NCBI GenBank assembly: GCA_964247055.1
Contig: OZ176056.1
Location: 6,262,001 to 6,326,000 of the forward strand
Source of the DNA: Paragordius varius
Taxonomy: Eukaryota > Animalia > Nematomorpha
Direction of reading: 5' to 3'
Length of the DNA stretch: 64,000 bases
Shown: in pieces, positions 1 through 13,162 of the stretch
Numbering within the stretch: the first letter of the stretch is position 1
How the letters are laid out: each line of letters opens with the position of its first letter
Notes under the pieces: model-generated
Database searches by the model: none
The model's input: the letters and a program-made list of their open reading frames with translations, nothing else
What the model was told of the DNA's origin: nothing
Position numbers and translations under genes: made by a program

Positions 1-655
1 AAAATAATTTTTTTCTGAGATAGCCTATGACCAGCGTATTTTGCCGTAAAAACTTAAATTTGTTAACCACCTAGTTTATGAAAAAAAAGAGGAAATTAAA
101 ACGGGCAAAAAGTGAAAATTAAGGATAATACAAAAAATGACAAAAGTTGAGATATATCATTATAGAGACATTTTCAACATATAAATAATTAAAAAACGAT
201 TATATTTTATTCAGTAAAAATACTTAAATATTAAAAAACTAAAATCGATTGTTTTTTATTTGTTCATTTTTTTCTGGTTTGGATACACGGTATAAAATTA
301 ATGAATTATTTCGGAATTTTAAATGAGCGGAAATTTCAAATAAATTATATAAAATAAAATTTACTAGTAGTGGAAAATCAACCAAATATCCGTACATATC
401 TCAGTAAAAATATTAATTTGTGTTAAAACATTTTTACAGAGATTCGTAAGGGTTTTGAGTTCATACTCCATTTTTAATCCTATTTTGCTTAAATTTATCG
501 TCAATTACTACTCATGTAAGATGCCAAAAAAACAGTATACATTTTTTATACACTCATAAACCAGATGACAAAAAATGAAAAAAAAATAAATATTGTTTTT
601 TAGTTTTACTTTGATATATAAGTTTTTTTACTGAATAAAATAAGAATGTTAAGAT

Positions 656-1904
656 TAGGGTTGTGCCCATTAGTCAATGACCTAGGGTCATGACCACGAA
701 AAAAAATGACCTAGGTCAATTTTTTTTATTTTTTTAATTTTTTATTTTTTTATTTTCCATTTTTTAGAAAAACAAAACCTTATATTATTTATATACGTAT
801 TATTTTATATTAATATCATACAATACACATCTTTTCTTTACTTCCTAAATCATAATAAAATCAGCCGTGTGGAAATTTTTCGATCAAAAAAAATCAAGTT
901 ACATGCAAGAAATGCAATTACACTATATATATTTAAATAAAAACCGAATGAAGAAACATTTAAAAGAAGTTCAAATAAATTATATGACAGATGATGGTCG
1001 AAAGCAAGCTAATTTCTGTTTTCAAGATAAATTAGCCAGAAACATTTAGCAAAATTTATTTTTACATCCTCAACTCTTAACTTGAAAATTAACATTTTCG
1101 GAGTTTCATTCATAGTTAAAACCTAATTATGCTATTCCAAATAGAAAACAGATTTCCAATGAATTACTGGATTCATGTTATGAAGATATAAAAGAAGTTA
1201 TTGGATTATGTGAAAATAATATTTCATTAATCGTCGATCCCTTTAGCAATATTCGTAGGGAGCAAGTAATTAATATTATTGGCCAAAGATCCCAATCATT
1301 TTTTATGACACATCTTATCATAGTAAGACTGCCGAATATATCTATAACATAATGGAACCAATTATATAAGATATTGGAAATTAAAAAAATTAATGCCATT
1401 GTGACCGATAATGCAGCAAACATGAAGGCTGCTGAAAATTTGGTTAATAAAGAATATTCCAATATAATATGTGCCAATGTCATATAATATAATTCGATGA
1501 AAGAATATATTCAACTTAATAATACTGAGATTTAAAATGTAGTGAGCAAGATTATATATTAAATCGTATAAAATTTCCTTAGTATAAAAAAAACTTTGAA
1601 CCATCCTAAGTTAACGTTAACTTCATAAACACTCGTTTTTACACAATCTAAATAATTAGAGCATAAATAGGTTTCAATAAATCCATATTTTCTCGTAAGT
1701 CTTAGCTTTCTATGATTTGAAACTTTCTATAAGTCTTTATGATGATTCCAGTAAAGATCGTTAATTGTAGAAATTTAGATTATCAGGATCGGTGAAAGCA
1801 TAAAACTAAAAAAATATATACTTTATATAAAAACCTTTTTATATTATTTAATCAACTAGGTTTGACCCCCTTTTTCAAAAAAGGGGGTCAAAATCACAAC
1901 CCTA
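656..1904 (+). mobile_element. Internally deleted hAT DNA transposon
   Basis: TIRs TAGGGTTGTG (656) and CACAACCCTA (ending 1904), with a perfect 8-bp target-site duplication GTTAAGAT at 648-655 and 1905-1912. It contains a decayed hAT transposase. Confidence 0.9.
867..1480 (+). pseudogene. Decayed hAT transposase (BED-finger remnant plus DUF659/RNase H-like core)
   Basis: Frame-shifted + strand fragments: VWKFF...RMKKHL (BED-like), LAKFIFTSS, LKPNYAIPNRKQISNELLD, ISLIVDPFSNIRREQVINI, TAEYIYNIM, INAIVTDNAANMKAA. These match typical hAT transposase motifs, and there are multiple stops. Confidence 0.8.
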
Positions 1905-3327
1905 GTTAAGATTATAAAAGTGAGTTTAACTAGTAATTAATTAAAAAAAATATTTTAATAAAGTTTCATATTTTTTTCTTTTTTAAGTGCGTTATAAAAA
2001 AAACTCCTGAACTGATATTTTATAGGAAACCTAATAATATGATTTTAGGCTATTTACATACTGAATCTCATAAAATGATAATGAACCATAATATCTCAAC
2101 TTTTATTATTATTTTTATATCCTTAATTATCCTTAATTTTCACAATTTGTCCGATTTCAATTCCTCTTATTATTTCATAAAGTTGGGTTTGCGGCAAATA
2201 AATTAGCTGGTCATGAGCTATCGAAAAAAATTTTTTTGTTAATAAAAATACCCTCTTTTTTGCGGACAAAATAATAATAGAAAATATTAAATTTAAGAGA
2301 AAAAATTTACCATGTACTATAAATAAAAATAACCATATATTTGGAATTTGCTATAATTTTTTCGAGCCAATTAAGACAGATGGGAGGGGGGCTATATAAA
2401 AAAATTTAAATTATTTTATTAACTCTTCTAAATTATAAGTTATATGATGAACCAAAAATATGGTTAATTTATTTTAACAAAATTTGTAATTATATTTTTT
2501 TTCTGTAAAATTCGGTTTAAAACTTACGTTATTACTATTGATGTCCATAAATATGTCATAATTCGGCCAAGTGTGGATATGAAAGCCATTCTATTTGACC
2601 TGGTATCATCATAATAAAGTATAATAGATAAATATACTAGAATCAACTTGAGAGAAATTTTAGCAAATGCGATAGCCGGAATAATCATAAACTGGGAAAT
2701 GCTTAGTTACACTAGAGTTTTATAAATATATGTTCTAAATCTTTAGCACCTAACTGCAAACGGTTTTACTTTAAATAGTATATTGGTTAGTAATTTCGGG
2801 GAAAATAAAAGCATGATAAACCAAATTAATAATTTTCACTGCGTCCCTCTGACTTTCTAAGATTCTTTTCGTTTAATTATTGATTTGCCGTAAATGATAA
2901 TTGAAATATTAAAGAGTTTAAAAGAGTAATTTTTTGGGTAAATTCCGAGAGATATTTAGTATCATTATTTGCAGGTTATAACTATACTATGAATTTATAA
3001 CTGGATTCATTTTATCTAGTGTCAATTTGAAATCACTATCGTATTTGTTTAGACATAAATGAATATTTTGCAGAAGGCCTCGTATGGAAAAAAGAAATTA
3101 GTCATATGTCTTCATATCTTATTTGAATTCCTCATTATTCGCATATAAAATTTTAGAATTTTTGATCTATGTATAATGAGTTTATTAAATTTAATATTAT
3201 TGAGCTAATAATCATGATAAGATTTCAATAAAATATGACGTAAAAATGAATGTTTTAATTACAATTATCTAAACTATTGCATATTTTCTATAGGAGCTAA
3301 TGTATTTTTCTCCATTTTACATGCAAA

Positions 3328-5687
3328 ATGTCTTTTTCAGATATTACCAATCCCTTAACAATTCAAAATGCTAAAACAAAACTGGAACCCTTATGGAAAA
3401 ATGGAGATTGGTCAGTAAATCAATGTCATAAACGTTTTCAAAAGTTATTACAATCCTGTCTTTACACAGAAGATATGCGTATTAAATCTTTCGAAAAAGA
3501 TTCTGTTTTTTTCGGTTTGCGTTTTCATCATTAATGTTTATTAGTTAATTGTCGCAGACAGTCACGATAATTAAAATTTTAGCAGAAGGATATATTATCC
3601 CTAGGCACTAAATTATAATGGTAAAAATAAATTTATTTGTGTAGTATTATAAGACTACACAACAAAATTTGATTTTTTTAAGTTTTTGTAAATTATTTAT
3701 CAAAGTAATATAGTATATCTGAAAAAAAAATAATTAACACCTATGATTTTTATGAGGTTTAATGATTTTGGCCCCGATTTTACATTAAACGAAATTTTAA
3801 AAAAAAATTTAGATATAGAACCATGTATTTTATATCATTCGATAGAGCGCAAAAAACTCAATGGTAATTAGTTATTTAGATCAATCTGATGTTACAGTTA
3901 TTTGGCTTTATATGGTCACAATTTTCATCCCTTAAAATAAGTTAAAAATTTTCCCACACGTATTAAAAATCTAATTTATTTGAAAATTTTAATTTGCTTT
4001 TTTAATAAAAATTATTTTTATGAATTATTTTACCTAGTAGATGCTAAAACGCATAGTTAAAACTGTACTTTTATTACATAATGGCAATTAAAGATTAAGA
4101 ATACCTTAAACTATATTGGATTTTAATATTTTAAGCTTTCTAAAGAAAATAATTAATATTAATGTGATGGTAATTTTGTAAAAAACAAAAAATTAAAAAA
4201 TGGCTGTTTTGAATGACATATAAGTAATATAGGAGTGTTTTAATCAAAATAAACTTTCTTGTGTTATTTTTTTAGACATTCATTGCCATAAACAAAATTT
4301 GAGCTATTTTTATCCATTAGTTTTTTAAAATATATCACTTAAAAAACCGCTCTCGCTTCGCGGATTCGTCATTGCCTATGTCCAACAATGTGTATGCATT
4401 TTATAGAGTTTTCATTACTCTTTCGAATGATACATTACAAATGGGCATTTGTTGTATATTTAAAATTAATAACATTGTTTAGTAAAAATTTGATTAAAAG
4501 GGCCCATAATCATAAAAATCAAATAATACAAAAATTTTAGGAGGAATTATAATTTTTATTAAAATTAACTGTTAAAATAATATTAAATATCATACACGAG
4601 TGGCAAAAATATTTGTTGTCTAGTGTAATTATGCGAAGCGTGGCAGAAACGGCTATTTCTTTATTTAAGTTATGTATGATATTTTAATGTGTACATTCGT
4701 GGTATTCGTTAAAAATTACAAAACTTTTGATCATTAAATGATCTATATATATTGACATACAAATATTTATTCATAAAAACTCGAATAAAAATTCTTTCGA
4801 AACAATTTATGTGTGTTAATAGCAAATTTAAAATGTTTAGACATCAAATTATTAAATAATTATATTTTGCTGTTAAACATATTTTAATTACAGGATCTAT
4901 AACAAGAGTTGACGGTTCTACACTCAGTGCAGAGCAATTTGCAGAAATGTTTGATAAAAAATGTATCCCGTGTATAATAACGGACTTGCAAAATGAATGG
5001 CCAGCGATAAGCAAATGGACTTGGTCTAGATTAGCAAAAAAGTATGGAAATTCACTTTTCCGTATTGGTGACGATTGGGATGGGCATTCTGTAAAGGTTC
5101 CTTTAAGAGATTACATAAAGTAAATAATATTTTAGATTTTAAATACAAACTATATCATGACTGGTAAATGCGATTGTGGCAAACTTCAGTTATGTCAAAC
5201 AAATCAATTTTTTATCTAAATATTTGTGTCATTTAATCTGAAATAACTCTTTTGCATTTTTTTTATCTTAAATCGACAAGATATGCAATAAATACTTTGG
5301 ATGATTCACCGCTGTACATATTTGATTCTGATTTCGATGATGTTGAAGATGATAGTTCTGAAGACTATGTCCAGTCAAAACCATTAAAGCCTCTTAAATC
5401 TAAAGGGGCAAAAGGGAAACCGAAAGAGAAAAGAAAAAGAGTGAATAAAACAAATAACTTATTGGGTCATTACAAAGTTCCACAAGTTTTTACAGAGGAT
5501 TTATTTAAGTACTTGAAGGACGAAAGGCCACCCTTTCGTTGGTTCGTAATGGGTCCACCCAGATCTGGTTCAGCTATTCATATTGATCCGTTAGGAACTT
5601 CGGCCTGGAATGCCCTTGTTAAAGGCAAAAAATGGTAAACATAAAAAATTTTATATTTAGTTAACCAGACAAAATGTTTGGTGTTGC

Positions 5688-5722
<35 letters not shown>

Positions 5723-7209
5723 AAATATAGCGATAGAAATATGAATATAAACTGGAAATAATAAATCAGGTATTGGTTGATAATGATGGTTGTTTATGGT
5801 CGGCGTAAACCCTTTTCAATTTTGATAGTATAATCGTCCAAATTAATAGATTATACTGGGCGCACAAAAATTGAGGATTCCATTAAGATATTTATGCAAG
5901 CATAAAATGATTCCATTTTCAATTTGTACCTTAAAGTTTATAGAGAAAATGTTTTTAAAACTGCTATCCTCATGTCTCACCAAAAATTATTGCCAATCAA
6001 ACCACAAATTGGCATATGATTAATAGTAGTGAAAAATAAGTAGGGAATTATCTTTGTTTACCATAATTTATTGAATTTTACACAATTTACTTTTAACTTT
6101 AAAAAGAAACAGTTAAAAAACGCTGGCATACTTATTTAAATATTTTAATCATTTTAAAAAATATCTTACGTTGTAGGTGGGTTCTAATTCCAAACTCCAT
6201 ACCAAAAAATATAGTCACCCAAACATCATCTTATGATAAAATATTTGAGTTATTACAGCAAAACGACACGTATAAAAAGAAAGAAAACACCAAATCTTCC
6301 ACGGAATCAGATTCAAGTACAGAATCTTCTTTTAAAAAACATTCGACAAGAAAACCTGCAAAAATTTCTCAAAAGATAAAACGTAAAGATGAAGCTATTG
6401 ATTGGTTTGAACGTGTTTTACCTATTATTCTACAAGCTTTAAGTAATAACGATCAAAAAAATGCATCCCTTAATTTAAGTGATTCAAAATCGTCTTTAAA
6501 AAATGTCCTGACCAGAAAAATGAGCCAAATTTGCTCAGCTTTTTCGAGTTGTCATGATAATAACGCAGCACCTTTCAATCAGGAATCCATGATGGAGCCT
6601 AATAAAATTTATGTCGTTCTACAAGAAGCCGGGGAGACAATTTTTGTTCCAGCAGGGTGGTGGCATGCCGTTCTTAACATTGATTATACGGTTTGCATCA
6701 CTCAAAATTTTGTGAGTCTTGCCAATATTCCTTTTGCTTGGCGTATCACATGTGCTCAAAGACCAAAGCTTGCAAAACGATGGTTACAATCTCTTATGGT
6801 GCATAGGCCTCAAATCGCTAGTTTAATTTCTAATGCGCTTGATCCGTTTTATTATACGAGTATTTGGAACACAGATGGATACAATGCACAAGCAAGTTCA
6901 ACAAGCGATCAGGAAGAAGGGAGTGATTTCGGTTCCTCTAATTCTGTTTCCTCCCAAGATAACATATCAGAATCCGATGTTGAAAAAAGTGAAACCAAAA
7001 TTACTAGCAAAAAATTGGTTTTTGATCTCGTTAAAATTCCTATGTTAGAATGCAAGGTTATCACGGATAATGTGCAGGAAAAGTATAATACAAGTTCTAA
7101 CGATAAAGATATATGCAGCTATTTGAATCTAATATCCACGCAATATAAATCTAGAATCAATTTTTTATCCGAAATTAGGGATTTTGAGAAATCCAATCCT
7201 AAAATATAA
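3328..7209 (+). CDS. JMJD6: JmjC-domain 2-oxoglutarate oxygenase JMJD6 (PSR) orthologue
   Basis: Exons 3328-3478, 4894-5119, 5281-5634, 6177-7209, all GT-AG and phase-consistent. Motifs: [78 protein letters not shown]. The H-x-D...H iron triad is intact and there is a Ser-rich tail. The start codon is less certain. Confidence 0.92.
3599..4625. mobile_element. Possible non-autonomous DNA transposon in JMJD6 intron 1
   Basis: Imperfect terminal inverted similarity (CCCTAGGCACTAAAT vs reverse complement CACTAGACAACAAAT) and weak internal inverted segments. No clean TSD found. Confidence 0.3.
5691..5719. repeat. (TA)n microsatellite
   Basis: Perfect TA run in JMJD6 intron 3. Confidence 0.95.
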
Positions 7210-9014
7210 TCCAAAAGCCATCTCCAAATATTTATAAATTATTTATATGCATTATTTCTAAATTGATGGTTTAAAATAACTCAATTTATAAAGATAAATA
7301 TCAATGCCTCTTTTGTTTGTTATTTTATAAAAACATATGATTTTATTTAAAGAGCATCAGATTGCTTATTTAATAATTTGCTTCTCCCATAAAATAAAAT
7401 GATTGCGGGCAGATTTTGCTTCTATGTTATTTTGGCTAAATCTAACTGGTAGACTCAAAAATGTTTCCTCACCTTAACACTAATATAGTGATACTTTTAG
7501 CCTAAATATTTGGTTCACGGTGAAAAAATAGAAGAAATATGTTAATTCTCTACTTAGGAATTGCACTAAATATTAATCTGAGTAAAAGAAGAAATCCTGA
7601 CTCAATCCCCACAAAAGAAACAATAAAAGGAGAGAATTTATCACCTTTTATATAACTATATGAAATGACTCAAATGACATCCAAAGTTCTAATCCACTTA
7701 CAATCAGCGTCTGTGCTAAAGATGTTTCAGGAGGCACTTCTCAGCCATCAAAGTAACACGGATTCTACAATTTAAACCCACAACTTGTATTTCAAACTCG
7801 TGCTTCTTTGATAAATATCCTCTTTAGGTGACAAATACTGCTGTGTTTTTGACTGTGTTATGGTGGTTATATATCATGGGTAGGGTAAGCACAAAATTTT
7901 AATCTGATCAAAGTGGCTATAATATTTTCTGGATGTGAACCAAACGAGCTTGTGCTGCTTAAGTATATATATTTTTTACACTGATAGACTCGCTGATAAT
8001 ATAAGAGTGCGTTTTAACCAAAACAAAACTTGACGCAATATATTATGTTTTACCCAAAAACAACAAATTATCTAATTTGACTGAGAAATTTTTATATTTT
8101 ATGCTTGCATGTTTGAGGATTTCAATTAGTAAAAAAACATACAAATGGGTTATTTAAATGCAGTAATAAAGTTAAAACATATGCATTCGAGTTAATTTGG
8201 CTTAAAAAAGATTTATTATCGAAACTCGTATTATATAATCTGAAAAAATAAATTTTAAAGGCAGCGTTTAAATTCGTTATTTATTAGATTCATTCTTAAT
8301 GTCTAGAAGCCAGCCAAACACTCTTTTAATTATTTGAGTTTTTAAAAATTTGGGAATAACTTTAGGGGTCCAACGCCATACATACTTGCAAAAACCAATA
8401 TGTGTTAAACAGATGATGATTAATATATGGATAATTTTATAAATGGATAGAGTCATTTTAAGATTATACGTACAATATCATTCTTCTGAGACTTCTCATA
8501 ATTAGTAATCGGTTCTATAAATTCTGTAATAAATAGAGTAATAAAAAAGATTTTAAAATATATTATAATCAATTTAAATGGTAATTTTTAATATTGAAGC
8601 CAATACAATATGAAATTCTTGTTTGAATATACATGTATAATTATTACTTTAAAATGATTTATGATATTATGATAAATTCCTAAGCTTTGATTGAGTAAAA
8701 AATTAATTTTAATATAATGAAAATAAGTTTTGTAGCTTAATTCCAGTATGACTAAGTAAAGTATTACGAGTTTTTCATCTATTGCCAAAAAGGATATTGG
8801 AAAAGCGAAAATATTGTAAATTTAATTTTTATTAATATTTAGCCTATAATAATTTCATTTGCTATCTAACAATATTTCACATCAGTGTATATTTACTCAT
8901 ACTATGCAATATTCCGGATTGATACCTTTTAAAACTCTTATATCTAAAGGGGTGGTGTTCCCAGGGACAAATTTAAAATATACCCGTGTCCTAACGATAT
9001 TAAATGGTCTAAAG

Positions 9015-9277
9015 CAGGGGTGTCCAACACAAGTGGCTTCGCGCACCGTATTTTTGACTCAAAAAACCTTGAATTTGAAATATATATGGGCTAAGTAGTT
9101 TATTAGACTTGAAACATAAAATTGGTAAATGCAAATACAATATAGCTTATTTTCTTGTTCCCGCTAATTGGAGAGACTTATTTAAAAAATTCAGAAAATA
9201 TCGATTTTATTAAGATTTTATGAGTATATTTGGATAAATATCCATATATTTCGCGGGTCACGTGCTGGCAACCCCTA
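9015..9277 (+). mobile_element. hAT-type MITE (CAGGGGTGTCCAAC family)
   Basis: TIRs CAGGGGTGTCCAAC and gctggcaacccctA; 8-bp TSD gtctaaag / gtctaaat (7/8). Same family as 60834-61132. Confidence 0.8.
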
Positions 9278-11299
9278 GTCTAAATAAAGAGTAATGGAGT
9301 TCTCATTTTCTCGTTTTAAAGGAATTATTAATATGAACGAATATTACATTATGGGCACTATAATTTCTACAAAGTGTATATTCCAGAGCTCTTTCAATTT
9401 TTTTAATAAGTTTTAAAACATATTTTTTGTTTAGACCAATAAACATATTATGAGCATGTCCATTTAATGATAAGTGACCGCGAGAACATTAAAATTCTAG
9501 TAAAATTTATTAAACTCAATATCCAACATTTTCGAAACATGGTATAGTACCTTTTTCATTGGATTAACTAAATCATAAGATTTAATGACAAAGTAGTTTA
9601 AACATAAAAATAATCATAAAATATAATAAAAAAATGTAAAATGTTCCAATTGTAGGTTCTCATCCTTTTTAGGTAGGTGGAGTGGAATATCGAAAAATAT
9701 ATTTTTTATAAAAAACTCTATCTTTTCGTTCTCCCCTTCGGTTAAGACTTCGATTAAAAACGGGCTAAATAAATATCCCAAACTATATTTAAGTTGATAA
9801 TTTTGAAAAACTACTAAAAGAAACGGTCCCAATTTAAATTTATGCTTCTACCTAATGAAAATTATTTAATTAAACTGAAATATCTAAATAAAATTTAGTT
9901 TTGAAAAATAGTTACATACTACTTCGATGCCATTTTTATTTCAAAACATTTTTGCAAAATGTGTTTATTTATGAAGCTTGAAATAAAGCTTATTTTTTAT
10001 TAAATCTCAAACATTAATAAAAACAGAAAAAGTAGTTTATTTTTTATTTTTAAGTTTAATGCACACATGTCATGTGGTATAAATTTTTACCTTGGTGTTT
10101 TACGTTAAAATAAGTAATATAAAGTATTTTCTTATGTTATATAAGTGCAAACTTTTGCCATGGTCTTAATTTCTTCCATAATTTTAAAGTATTTAATATT
10201 AAACAGGCGTGTATCCAACGACCCATTTGAATCGAAAGACTAAAATGAATTAGTTGTATCCAAGTGTTGATAAGGTTGTTGCTATTTAAATGGATGAAAA
10301 ACTGCAAAATTAATTTGTAAGATAGTTTGTCGGCTTGTAGCAATTTAATCGTAATAATATGGATATGCGTTATCAAAAGCTATCAAAATAATTTTTTTAA
10401 AATTAACAACGCCTTTTTAAATCATCTTATTTTTTTATCAATTATTATCAAACTACTCCATGATATAATAATTGATTTGTATTGTAGTTAATGGTTTTGG
10501 GTTTATATTATTATTAAAAACCCTCGCAACCATTTTGATTTGGGTATAATGTATAATATTATTTCCATTATCTGCAAGGTATATAACATTGTGCTATAAA
10601 TAAGAAAAGTGACAATTCCAATAAATTATAAAAAAGTATAAATAGGAAGAAAAAAATGTTTGGACTTAAAATTATAATTTACTTTAAACCGTATTAAAAA
10701 TGAAGATATTCACTGGATTTATATTGGTAAATTAAAGATGATATATGTTTACTAATTAAATTAGTTTATATCCAGATATATATTGCTTTAAATATCTTAT
10801 ATAAAAATCAATGTTAACCAAAACTCTTTGTTGAAAATTAATTATTTATATATAAAAACACCCAAGTTTCCCAGAAGTTGGGCGTAGAATAATTTATTTA
10901 TACAAACCTTATGATTGATTTCGCCCTTGGCAAACAGGATTTTCATAGAATATATTAATGTTTAAGTCCTATATTATTATGTGGTTTTTTCCTAAGTTCT
11001 CCTCTATTTTATGTAATATATTAAACAATGCGGTTCAGCTATCTAAGATTCAAACAAAATATCCCGTTTATTACAGTAAAAATTGGTATTATACTGACAA
11101 AACTACCTCTTATATCTTGATTTTTTTGAAAAAATCATTGATTAAAATTGAAAACTATAAAGGGATATATATATCTATATATATATAATATATCGGTAAT
11201 ATTGTTAATTATATATTTCACAATTGGAATGAAATCATCAATATGGGAAAAATCATAAAAAAGTGTTGCTGTGTTTTACATAAAAAAACATTTGTTTTT

Positions 11300-11541
11300 A
11301 TGTTTATTTACGTTTTGTGTCCGTATACAATTTTTATTGTAATAATACAATTTTGCTCGATACTAATCAATCGTTTTTACATATTTTACGTATTTTGCAA
11401 TAGGCTGTAATAGCTTTTTTGGGTTTGGGACTTTTTGGTGACCAAATTTCGTGTGACGAAGAAAGACATAGCCATCATCATCACCATCATCACAATAGAG
11501 ATCATCATTACAGAGACAATGAACGTTGGGACGATTATTAA
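11300..11541 (+). CDS. Candidate small secreted poly-histidine peptide precursor
   Basis: Exons 11300-11338 and 11404-11541 with a 65-nt GT-AG intron. Product: MFIYVLCPYTIFI-AVIAFLGLGLFGDQISC-DEERHSHHHHHHHNRDHHYRDNERWDDY*. An in-frame upstream ATG lies at 11243. Hydrophobic N-terminus followed by a 28-aa His-rich peptide. Not in the ORF track. Confidence 0.6.
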
Positions 11542-12342
11542 ATTCATACTTAGCGCTGTTAAAAAATCAATCATGTGCAAATTTATTTATATCTATAACT
11601 TTATAATGAGATCTAGTGTTCGCATCTAAATAACTACAATAAATAGTAATATTCAGAAAATTATTTATGTAAGTGGTTGCTGTTTCACATAAGGTTTAAA
11701 GTAATAGTTTGGGTCTATATAATTTTAAGGTGAATAAATGATATAATTATTATACGTATTTATTGGATTTTTACAACAACGAATCTTATTTGAATTGTCT
11801 AATGAGCTTGTAAATAACGTAGAAAATTTCCCAAAGCATATTAGCTTTAACTCGTGCACCTTCTCATAACCATTAAAAATACTAATTAGTAAAAACGGTT
11901 TTTAGAGTGTATTACAGCCTAAATAAGTCTAAATTATGTTTAGGATGCAAAACTAAATTAAAAGAAAATTATATGCTCTTTATGGACTTTAAATGTGTAT
12001 TTTATCTGGGCGATAGTGAGTCAGTCAAAATATAGACCCATTTATAAAAATATAACATGTGCCCAGTTTTTACTTTTTGGCCAACTCAATTATTAAAGAT
12101 TTGATTTTTGCAAATGCTTGACTGTCGATCTGAAACAAGCGAAACAAATGCAATAAATATGCGCCAAACGCACAATTTCTATTTGTGAAGATTTTAAAAT
12201 GGAACTTATTTTTTTCATACATTACAAGAAATATATTAAATTAGAAATAAGCCATTTAATAACTCATATACATATTTAATCATCAGGAAAGAATGAATGA
12301 AGGCTTATGAAAATATTGACCGTATCAAAATAAAAACTCTGC

Positions 12343-12470
12343 GACGAAATTGGAGGGTATAGAAGGTAGGCGATGGACTATAAAATTGCGGAGTTCGAAC
12401 GAAACTCTGCAATTTTTCCATCATTATCAGCCCTGAGCAAGCAAATGTTAAAGCCTTCACATGTACAGAT
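12343..12470 (+). pseudogene. Possible hAT C-terminal dimerisation-domain remnant
   Basis: DEIGGY...RNSAIFPSLSALSKQMLKPS resembles the hAT dimerisation motif N-x3-FP-x-LS-x-LA-x3-L-x2-P. The match is short and degenerate. Confidence 0.4.
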
Positions 12471-12899
12471 ACAATTTAAGTCCTTACTCTTTAATAAAAA
12501 ACAGAAAAAAAGTCTAAACTCTATATTAATGGAAAAAAATTCGCATTATATTGGAGAGGTCCTTTCTTATTTTGAGATGTATACCGATCCTATATTTAGC
12601 CAAAATCACAAAGTCAAACATTGTGTTAATTCATATGATTATATATTCATGAATATATTTTAAAAATATTTTCTACCTTAGTATTTATGCGGTAAGGAAA
12701 ATTTAAACGAAGGTCATAAATTAATACATATAGATTACATAAGATAAATTTTCATCCACAAAAAATAGTTGCAAAATTAATAATCCCCATAAAATTATAT
12801 TTTAACAGCTACTTCTAAAAGGGCATATAAAATAAGTTACATATAATACCAATTGTATAACAAAGTGTGTGTAAAAATGAGAGTTTAACTTGGAAAAGT

Positions 12900-13162
12900 T
12901 TTTAAATTAGGCGATTACCATTGTTAAATGCAATTTTCTAAAGACAACCTTTAAATTTTAAATCATCCCATAAAGATCATTTAAATACAATCATAAAATA
13001 CATAATTGATTGTTTTACCGATTTTCATCTCTATTTTATACTTTGCAGTTTAAAACAATCAGTTATATTTAAAAAAATAAAGATTTAAAAAGTATGGTTG
13101 TCTTTTTAAAAAATTTGTCTTTATATTTTTACGTTTTATCCGTATAATTTCAATATTTACTG
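12900..13162. mobile_element. Partial TA-flanked MITE (CAGTAAAA family)
   Basis: Right TIR ttttatccgtataatttcaatatttactg followed by TA, plus the family internal motif aaaagtatggttgtc. The left end is degenerate and its position approximate. Confidence 0.5.

Larger units (their letters stand above)
1..2240. mobile_element. Long-TIR (foldback/MITE-like) element remnant; left end lies outside the window; host of the hAT insertion at 656-1904
   Basis: About 1-200 is a degenerate reverse complement of about 2060-2240 (gatagcctatgaccagcgtattttgccg vs cggcaaataaattagctggtcatgagctatc; gtgaaaattaaggata...aaagttgagatat vs atatctcaactttt...tatccttaattttcac). Boundaries are approximate. Confidence 0.55.

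Noticed and set aside
7555-7970. Slightly GC-richer, coding-looking stretch downstream of JMJD6
   Set aside because: There are stops in all frames and no recognisable motif. It is probably an unidentifiable decayed element.
10150-10260. Possible 18-nt intron gtatttaatattaaacag
   Set aside because: All frames close within about 15 codons after it, and there is no homology to support it.
11386-11629. Met/Ile-rich ORFs 11386-11580 (-) and 11435-11629 (+)
   Set aside because: They are alternative readings of the CAT/CAC-rich segment. The His frame has a splice acceptor, a leader and a stop, and is the better model.
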